Source: a virus | Lineage: Duplodnaviria; Caudoviricetes | IMG/VR virus record: IMGVR_UViG_3300033171_000001 | Span: 1-64,000 of that record | DNA: 64,000 nt | Reading direction: 5' to 3' (one strand) | Part shown: positions 57,300-64,000 of the stretch, in pieces | How the letters are laid out: every line of letters starts with the position of its first letter | Numbering within the stretch: the first letter of the stretch is position 1 | The notes under the pieces: model-generated | Database searches by the model: none | What the model saw: only the letters and a program-made list of their open reading frames with translations | What the model was told of the DNA's origin: nothing | Made by a program: the position numbers and the translations under genes

Positions 57300-57339
57300 A
57301 TTGTCTCCTTTATTAATTTATTAAGATAGCGCATAGTAT

Positions 57340-57921
57340 TTACTTTTTCCATTTATTATACTCTACATACCAACTATTTACATCAAGCAATGACTCCTTA
57401 TCGCACAATTTTGGATTTTTGTCAAGGAATTTCTTCAGAAATCCACAAGTCTTCTCTTTGCAATTCCTATGTTCAATACAGTTAGGAACCATTCTGAAGG
57501 CTAGATCATAATCCACCCGTTGCATTTGAATCTTTAACTGCTCGATAACTTCAGTTGTTTCTTTTGACGCCTTCCTACACAACCGTTTCCTTGCTACGTT
57601 TATTAGTGCTTCCGCATTAGCAATGAAGTCCATATCTACAGGAGTGTTTCTATCTGCATTTTCCCCTCCTCTATCTTCTCTGTTGGACTTCACGAAAGGA
57701 ACAATAGTGACATGCCGTACTAGATGAGTTGCAACAAATGTAGGAATGTTAGTCATGGACACATAGAATATCTGCGTTCTCATTGGGGAGTGCATACATT
57801 GATAAATCTTGTCCAATGAGATGTTTGAGTCTTTGTTGATGGTTGTGGAACAGGCTCTTTTTACCAACTCCGGGGAAGTTAGCTTTTCAACAGATATTGT
57901 GAAGGTTCTATTCACTTTCAT
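57340..57921 (-). CDS. thyX: FAD-dependent thymidylate synthase-like protein
   Basis: MHSPMR, HLVRH....VKSNR, NVARKRLC. Confidence 0.75.
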   Translation of the reverse strand: MKVNRTFTISVEKLTSPELVKRACSTTINKDSNISLDKIYQCMHSPMRTQIFYVSMTNIPTFVATHLVRHVTIVPFVKSNREDRGGENADRNTPVDMDFIANAEALINVARKRLCRKASKETTEVIEQLKIQMQRVDYDLAFRMVPNCIEHRNCKEKTCGFLKKFLDKNPKLCDKESLLDVNSWYVEYNKWKK

Positions 57922-58249
57922 TTTCCTTCTTTATTATATAAGATTTACCAAAAAAAGTATGCCGCTTAAAAACATCTTCTTTTTTATGTTCAGCAAAAGA
58001 GTTAAATCGTTTACGCAATCTATACCCAACGATATACCTAAATACTATAAACGGAAAATATCCTAATGTATAATAAAGTATCAATAAAATAAAACAAAAA
58101 AGATAACCGAAAACGGACATTAAGGTATTGATTAAACATTTAATTTCGTCGTAGAACTCCCTCGGCAATTTTCTTGTCAGTGTATTTATGTGCTTGGTTT
58201 TATACTTAGCATACTCTTGTATATCAAAATAATAATTTGATTTTGTCAT
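57908..58249 (-). CDS. membrane hypothetical protein
   Basis: Central hydrophobic segment. Confidence 0.45.
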   Translation of the reverse strand: MTKSNYYFDIQEYAKYKTKHINTLTRKLPREFYDEIKCLINTLMSVFGYLFCFILLILYYTLGYFPFIVFRYIVGYRLRKRFNSFAEHKKEDVFKRHTFFGKSYIIKKENESE

Positions 58250-58252
58250 GAA

Positions 58253-58483
58253 TTACCACCAATATTTATAGTCGTTCTTAATAGGAAGCGGGTCTTTACC
58301 TTCCCTGACCATTTGCTTTGCCCTACGCCTATCCATCCTTCGACGCATCTCTTTGTATTGCCTATAACTCTCTGAATCTGAAAGAGTGCTTCCATCCCTT
58401 CCATCACCAACTCCACCAAATAAGGTGAAGTCTTTGTTCCTAAAAGTCTTTCCCATAGTAGTATCCTGTTTAGAGTTATTCAC
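58253..58483 (-). CDS. small basic hypothetical protein
   Basis: MGKTFRNK...KYWW. Confidence 0.5.
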   Translation of the reverse strand: MNNSKQDTTMGKTFRNKDFTLFGGVGDGRDGSTLSDSESYRQYKEMRRRMDRRRAKQMVREGKDPLPIKNDYKYWW

Positions 58484-58519
58484 AACAAGGGGAGAGAAAT
58501 CCCTCCCCTTGTTGTTTAC

Positions 58520-61500
58520 TTACATTTCACATTTATCACCCGTACAATTAAATTCCCTACTACCTTCTGTTTTATCTTCATTTTCAAAAACACTTAGTTG
58601 TAGAAAATCCATTACAGGTAGATTTTTACTCAATTCAATAAACTCTTCTTCTGTACATTCCGTATAAGGGGCGAGTGGATAAACTCCCCCATCATAAGGA
58701 AGAAAACTAATACCACTAACATAATTCCAATGTTCATACACCCAAGAACCAACCTTGAGCCATTCATTTTCTTTTACATAAACAGTAATAGAGGGTTTAT
58801 GTTCACACCAATATTTCTGAAGCATTAACCAGTATTCCAATTGTTCCAGAGCGTCTACATCTTGACGCATAACCGCACTTTCCGGTGATTTTATTGGAAA
58901 TGGAAATACTGCTGTGGAACACCCCTCCCTAGTCTGCCCAACCTCGGGTTCCCATTTCATACCAATGGAGTTGAGGTACTTAAATACAGGATCACCAGTG
59001 GATACTCGCACTCTCCGAACATAGTACGGACTAAATCGCGGGTGTAGTCCGCTTGCAGAATCAACTAATTGCGATACTGTTCCGCTGGGCTTGGTACAGG
59101 TAATTGCTGCTGGCATATTGATATGAAGGGCTTTAGACCATTCCTCTGCGGTTTCAATAGCAGTTTCCTTCATCTCTGTCAACCATGCTTTGGCTTTTTT
59201 AGACACTTTTCCAAGGATCGGATGATCCCGTAGTCCAGTTAAACTAACACCGAGTAGGCGTTCATCTTCTGTATTGTTTTTCCAAGATCGGGAAAGGAAA
59301 CCAAAATCAGTAAGAGTGGATTGTAAACAACCCAATACCGTTGCGTATCTTACTTTTTGCCTAAGAGTTTGTTTAGTATCTTCTGGACGAATAACTACTT
59401 CTGTTAGATTGCAAAAAGAATTGGGACGAAGAATAATCTCAGCACAGGGGTTTACCCCCCAGGGGTATCCAGTTTCCCTTCGTCCGGTTTGAGAAACGAT
59501 AAATTCCATAGACTCTCTATTAATAATACCCCGCTCACCACTTCCACTACGAGCTAATACCAACCAATCTTCCATGAACTGAGTAGCATCCGGTTTTTCA
59601 GTGTAAACAATGGAGTTATTAGCAAGCATACGTTGTGGGTTAGTATTCCAAAATTCCCCGTCCTTGGCATGTGCCATTCTGTCATCTGAACGATTTGAAA
59701 GAGAAATACAGGCTGAATTATGTACAATATATCCGTTTGCATTGAATGCGTTAATTTCGTCAACTTCAATATCATAGGTGTCTACATATCGTCCATCTTC
59801 GATAGATACTACCATATCAGGCATAAGCGAGGTATTCTTTATGAAACCCCTATCAATTGCAGTGTCCATTGTAATGAAACCGTCTCGTTTCCATCCAGTA
59901 GGGTATCCACACCACGCAGAAGGAATTTTGTAATCAAATGGACCCCCTGATACTGTGATACAATCTGCTTTTCCACTTACACTAAACGGTTTAATATGTT
60001 CGATCCACTTTCTCTTGTTTGTCATTCCCGTAACAAAAATTGAATACGCGTCAGAGTATCCTTCTCGTTTAATAGTGTCTACGCGACTTCCGATTCCTAA
60101 TGATGTTAATGCCAATACTGTATCATTTTTTAGTTGATTGTATATCGTATTAACCTGTTCACACACCGAATCTGCCCTGCCTCTCCCATCTGCATCAAAC
60201 AAGCCCGCTAAGAAGGCTGATCGAACGGGTTTAGTCGCATTTAATATATATTGGGGTATATATAATTCTGAACTATTTTTCAAATTATGTGACATCCATT
60301 GCGATATAGATACGGAGTTCAATCTCAATCGTAGGCAATCCCCATGTCCTTGACTTACCTTACTATCAATACCAAAATATTCATAAGCAATATTTTTACA
60401 TTTAGTAAGGACTTCTTTTTGTAGGGTGTGTTGGGTTATTTCTATACCTTTCGGGGATATATGTCCATTTCCTACAATTACACCAAACAAATACGCCACA
60501 TCTTCATTAATATATGCAGGAAATGTCAGTTGCTTTGAATTAAAGTGATTAGAATTAGTAAACTCCGGTAGGGGGATTAATTCGGAACCCTCATACCCAT
60601 TAGTATCCCATACTAACATATCCCCTACACAAACATCCTTAGCCTGTTTGTAGGTAATATCTATTGTATTTTTTTCGAAAACCGCAACCCTATGATTAAG
60701 GGTACACTCCAGTTCACTAAATCGGGTTTTAAACAACAACGTTTTTTGTTTGCCGGAAAAAACCTTACCCTTAATTGGATATGTCTTACCTGCATACAAT
60801 ACCTTATCAGTATCTTCAAGGCTGTGCATACTTTTAATACCATTATTTGTCATTATAGGCGTGTCAAATGGTAAACACCTACGAACACCCCCTACAACAA
60901 CAATAGCAGCCACCTTACACATAATATCGTGACACTCAATCGAAGATAGTTTTCTACCTTGAGCGTTTTTAAAAAGCTGCGTTGTGAATTTAATTAGATC
61001 ATCTAAAGGCTCTGGTCCACTGGCTCTTCCACCAAATGTTTTAAGAATAGAACCCTTGGGACGAATTTTAGATAGATCGTATTTAGGAATCTCGCCTTTA
61101 TATAAATGCCGCAAATACCGGTAGAATCCGTCTGCCCACCCTTTTTTTGAATCGGAAAACTCAACCACATCTACTACTTCTTTTAACTGAGGCACTTCCG
61201 GTAATTTGTTAACCTCTTGTCTTTCAACAGAAAAACCAACGCCTGTCCCGTTCATTAAAATATATAGACATTCTGCAAATGCTTTTATGTTATTAACTGC
61301 TAAATAGGAACAGTTATATCCTGCAATATTTTCCCTGTCCAGTGCGGGTCCAGCCGCCCATAATGCCCGCATAGAAGGCATTACGTCTAAATTAATAATC
61401 GAAGTAATAGCAGAGTTAAATTCTGCTTCTTTCTCCGATGGTACTCTGGAAATAAAAAAGTCTTTATACCTATTAACAGTTTCTTTCCATGTCTCTCTGC

Positions 61501-61573
61501 ATTTTTCTTTCTCTTTCCATCGACTATAGGTTCTAGTATAAATAAATTCTTGGTAACTGGTTGGAAAATCCAT
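58520..61573 (-). CDS. nrdJ: class II (B12) monomeric ribonucleotide reductase with intein
   Basis: MPSMR, NCS, GTGVGF, GGVRR/SACISL, NPCAE, KPSGT, HKPSIT, C-terminal CTGDKC. Confidence 0.92.
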   Translation of the reverse strand: MDFPTSYQEFIYTRTYSRWKEKEKCRETWKETVNRYKDFFISRVPSEKEAEFNSAITSIINLDVMPSMRALWAAGPALDRENIAGYNCSYLAVNNIKAFAECLYILMNGTGVGFSVERQEVNKLPEVPQLKEVVDVVEFSDSKKGWADGFYRYLRHLYKGEIPKYDLSKIRPKGSILKTFGGRASGPEPLDDLIKFTTQLFKNAQGRKLSSIECHDIMCKVAAIVVVGGVRRCLPFDTPIMTNNGIKSMHSLEDTDKVLYAGKTYPIKGKVFSGKQKTLLFKTRFSELECTLNHRVAVFEKNTIDITYKQAKDVCVGDMLVWDTNGYEGSELIPLPEFTNSNHFNSKQLTFPAYINEDVAYLFGVIVGNGHISPKGIEITQHTLQKEVLTKCKNIAYEYFGIDSKVSQGHGDCLRLRLNSVSISQWMSHNLKNSSELYIPQYILNATKPVRSAFLAGLFDADGRGRADSVCEQVNTIYNQLKNDTVLALTSLGIGSRVDTIKREGYSDAYSIFVTGMTNKRKWIEHIKPFSVSGKADCITVSGGPFDYKIPSAWCGYPTGWKRDGFITMDTAIDRGFIKNTSLMPDMVVSIEDGRYVDTYDIEVDEINAFNANGYIVHNSACISLSNRSDDRMAHAKDGEFWNTNPQRMLANNSIVYTEKPDATQFMEDWLVLARSGSGERGIINRESMEFIVSQTGRRETGYPWGVNPCAEIILRPNSFCNLTEVVIRPEDTKQTLRQKVRYATVLGCLQSTLTDFGFLSRSWKNNTEDERLLGVSLTGLRDHPILGKVSKKAKAWLTEMKETAIETAEEWSKALHINMPAAITCTKPSGTVSQLVDSASGLHPRFSPYYVRRVRVSTGDPVFKYLNSIGMKWEPEVGQTREGCSTAVFPFPIKSPESAVMRQDVDALEQLEYWLMLQKYWCEHKPSITVYVKENEWLKVGSWVYEHWNYVSGISFLPYDGGVYPLAPYTECTEEEFIELSKNLPVMDFLQLSVFENEDKTEGSREFNCTGDKCEM
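59717..60877 (-). mobile_element. intein (387 aa) with LAGLIDADG endonuclease
   Basis: Starts CLPFDT, ends YIVHN before Ser; FLAGLFDADG. Confidence 0.92.
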
Positions 61574-61578
61574 TAGAA

Positions 61579-61717
61579 CTCCTTGCTGTGAATATGGGAT
61601 TGAAGATTAAATTGGGAGCACCGGCGAACGGGAAAAGCCCATTCCAAACCGATGCTCCCTAGACCAAAGGAGGGGCATGACAAATAACATTATAGCAAAA
61701 GCAAACCAAAATGTCAA
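61579..61717 (-). promoter_or_regulatory. consensus promoter plus structured nrdJ 5' UTR
   Basis: TTGACA-N17-TATAAT; hairpin 61614-61659; anti-SD CTCCTT at 61667-61672. Confidence 0.7.
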
Positions 61718-61735
61718 GTGTTTTTTGAGTTAAAT

Positions 61736-62227
61736 TTAATCCATAATATCCGTGCTGCCGAAACCGCCCCTATCCTCATTATCCAAAGTATCTACTTCAA
61801 TTATATAGGTTTCTTTCATAGGTTCCATAATGCGAAATTGACAAATCCTATCTCCGTGTTTGATGGTTCCTGGTTTGAGACTATAACAAGGAAACCACCA
61901 AACATCTCCATCCCCGTTGTAGGAAGAATCAATAATACCCATGCTGTTGGTTTGAATAAGTCCGTATTTCTTGAAGGTTGAAGAACGGGGAACAACGTGT
62001 GCTTCCATTCCATTCAGGTCTACGGAGATTCCGAGGCCGATCATCATTTCTGTATTATTAGGGTAGCAAACAGTAGCCCCTTCCCACAAAGTGTTTTCTA
62101 TCCATTCCCCGTCTTTTGCCCTAATCTTAATCTTATCCGATACCCTAAGATCAATCCAATCCCCTACAACAATCTTTTCAATCCTAGGAAGTTCCTTGTC
62201 GTGATATTTTATTTTAATTTTATGCAT
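61736..62227 (-). CDS. dut: trimeric dUTPase
   Basis: WIDL, PRSS, GIIDSSYNG, RICQF, RGGFGST. Confidence 0.92.
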   Translation of the reverse strand: MHKIKIKYHDKELPRIEKIVVGDWIDLRVSDKIKIRAKDGEWIENTLWEGATVCYPNNTEMMIGLGISVDLNGMEAHVVPRSSTFKKYGLIQTNSMGIIDSSYNGDGDVWWFPCYSLKPGTIKHGDRICQFRIMEPMKETYIIEVDTLDNEDRGGFGSTDIMD

Positions 62228-62298
62228 ACTTACTTTACCTTAGATATAAAATCTTTAAGTAGTTCTGCACCATCAGAAATCCTCTGCTCTTGAGGAAT

Positions 62299-62775
62299 CT
62301 AGCGTGCGCTTTTGTAGTCATCTACCATTTTAGTAATATAATCTCTTGATCCCATTACATTATTTTTAAATACGTAATCCAAACATTTAACAAACTTATG
62401 TACTTCCATATCCATTATGTCGTCTGCACTATCAATTCCTGTTTTCGGAAATTCTCCACTAATTCTTTTCTCCTCAAGATAGATAACCGCCGCTGCACTA
62501 TATACCATAACATCTAGAAGTTCATTGATTGCATTGTCATAGCTGTACTTCTCAAGTAGTACCGGCACTTCCATCATCTTCTTCTCTGCCTGTCCAGTGA
62601 GATAACCAAGCCCCTGCCTTCGCGCAATCTCAAGAATAGGTTGTTTTACAAATGGAGTATTTCCTTCAGGATTATGTCGTTCCCTACCTTTTCCTTCAGT
62701 AACCCGCGCAAATGCTTTTTGAAAAACCATATCAAGTTCTTCAAATCCATCGTCTACAAACACACCGTCGTGCAT
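62299..62775 (-). CDS. conserved-looking phage protein, possible all-alpha NTP pyrophosphatase
   Basis: GKGRERH, GQAEKK, ELLDVMVY. Confidence 0.5.
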   Translation of the reverse strand: MHDGVFVDDGFEELDMVFQKAFARVTEGKGRERHNPEGNTPFVKQPILEIARRQGLGYLTGQAEKKMMEVPVLLEKYSYDNAINELLDVMVYSAAAVIYLEEKRISGEFPKTGIDSADDIMDMEVHKFVKCLDYVFKNNVMGSRDYITKMVDDYKSAR

Positions 62776-62777
62776 AG

Positions 62778-63005
62778 CTACTCCTCCACAATCTTGGCTT
62801 TACCATTAATGAATTTAGACCACAATTCAGGACTCACGTTAAGAGGAACCAAAATCTCTCGCAGAACACATCCTTGAACAAAGTCCCAATTTTCAATTTT
62901 ATATTTATAACGATCATCCGTAGTACAACCGTCTTTGAAAAACTTTGTTACGGCATAGTAATCATCGGTCAATCCGCGCCCAATCTTACAAGTCTTTTCC
63001 TTCAT
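62778..63005 (-). CDS. hypothetical protein
   Basis: 75 aa. Confidence 0.5.
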   Translation of the reverse strand: MKEKTCKIGRGLTDDYYAVTKFFKDGCTTDDRYKYKIENWDFVQGCVLREILVPLNVSPELWSKFINGKAKIVEE

Positions 63006-63007
63006 AT

Positions 63008-63907
63008 CTATTCCTCAATGAAAAGTTTAATGTTCTTTTTAATCACATCATATAACGCATCTAGTGCCATGAATCGTTGTGAAATCTCCTCCTGCTTCTC
63101 ATCTACATCAACTTCCATTGCTTCGTCTTCATACGCAAAAATTGAATAAAAACTCTTTAGTTTGAATGAAGCATCAAAAGATTTGAATGTGAGTGTAGCT
63201 TCCTTGAAAGTGTAACCCTTATCCAGCAGAGAAACCACTTGCTCCTTTTCTTCCGCATCTACAAAACTAACCTTACCTACTTGGTTAATATCTGTCATCT
63301 TGATATTATCATCCACCACCAGATCATATTCTTCATGCTTTTTTTCGTAAATAGATTCAATGAAGAAATGAATGTCGTCTTCTACAAGCTGATCATTGAA
63401 TGAAGAAATAATAATGGATTCATCGAGACAACCACTCATAAGATTAAACTCTTTTTCAGAACAAGACGAGAAGTACCCGTATCCATCATTAAAATTAAAA
63501 TAAACGTCAAAGTAATTCGGGACCGCCAGAACTTCTTTAAGAAGTCGATTCTTAATTGCCGACTTCAGTTCCTTCTTGGTATCCTTGCTTGGAATGTACG
63601 TATCAACTTCCCCGTATTCATTCACAGTAGACTTCTGTTCAACCAACTTACGTAGAGCCTGTTCATATTCTTTCTTTAACACCTTACCAGGAACAGAACG
63701 TTTATCAATACGAAACTTAACAGCTACGATCTCCTTACCATTCACATAGGTTTTCCTGCACGGACTTGGGGAATTTTCCTTGGTTTCATAATCAACAAAC
63801 CCCCATGAAAGTTCTGCTCCATCGGTGGAGAAGAAGTGAGGAAGTTCATTTAGATCAATATCTTCGTTGACTGAAAACCGAATCACATTACTCTTCTTGC
63901 CAAACAT
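63008..63907 (-). CDS. rdgC: RdgC-like recombination-associated protein
   Basis: SWGFV, FRIDKRSVPGKVLK, KKELKSAIKNRLL. Confidence 0.65.
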   Translation of the reverse strand: MFGKKSNVIRFSVNEDIDLNELPHFFSTDGAELSWGFVDYETKENSPSPCRKTYVNGKEIVAVKFRIDKRSVPGKVLKKEYEQALRKLVEQKSTVNEYGEVDTYIPSKDTKKELKSAIKNRLLKEVLAVPNYFDVYFNFNDGYGYFSSCSEKEFNLMSGCLDESIIISSFNDQLVEDDIHFFIESIYEKKHEEYDLVVDDNIKMTDINQVGKVSFVDAEEKEQVVSLLDKGYTFKEATLTFKSFDASFKLKSFYSIFAYEDEAMEVDVDEKQEEISQRFMALDALYDVIKKNIKLFIEE

Positions 63908-64000
63908 TAAATCTTCCCCTTATACTTTACATAATTGTTAGTGTCCTTTGTACGGGCATCGACATCTTCCTTTAGCAGCAGACGGCACCCGGAACAAATA

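Noticed and set aside
61579-61700. Cobalamin riboswitch
   Set aside because: No B12-box or GCCACTG-type conserved elements; too short
1-64000. Stop-codon reassignment or a diversity-generating retroelement
   Set aside because: Core genes are intact in code 11 and TAG, TAA and TGA all end genes; no reverse transcriptase or TR/VR pair seen

Overview
64 kb segment of a large, AT-rich tailed dsDNA phage (siphovirus-type, lambda-like tail tip M/L/K/J; i- and o-spanins imply a Gram-negative host), using the standard genetic code and host sigma70-type promoters. Four blocks: (1) 1-14.7 kb, minus strand: replication (DnaB-like helicase, three paralogous winged-helix proteins, the largest an initiator-like gene with internal 22-bp iterons, tyrosine recombinase, an atypical tRNA flanked by structured RNAs, primase, SNF2 helicase, clamp-like protein). 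(2) 14.8-22.2 kb: small early genes behind repeated promoter cassettes, then about 2 kb of motif-rich non-coding DNA. (3) 22.2-56.5 kb, plus strand: three methyltransferases, terminase, PhoH, head, tail and lysis. (4) 56.5-64 kb, minus strand: nucleotide metabolism (ThyX, intein-containing NrdJ, dUTPase) and RdgC. The least explained elements are the non-coding RNA clusters at 10.15-10.55 kb and 56.5-56.7 kb, a 32-bp perfect inverted duplicate promoter next to the recombinase, two variable-repeat HNH paralogs, several homopolymer frameshifts, a second tail-tube paralog and a PAS protein after the lysis genes. No database searches were possible; all family calls come from motifs and gene order.
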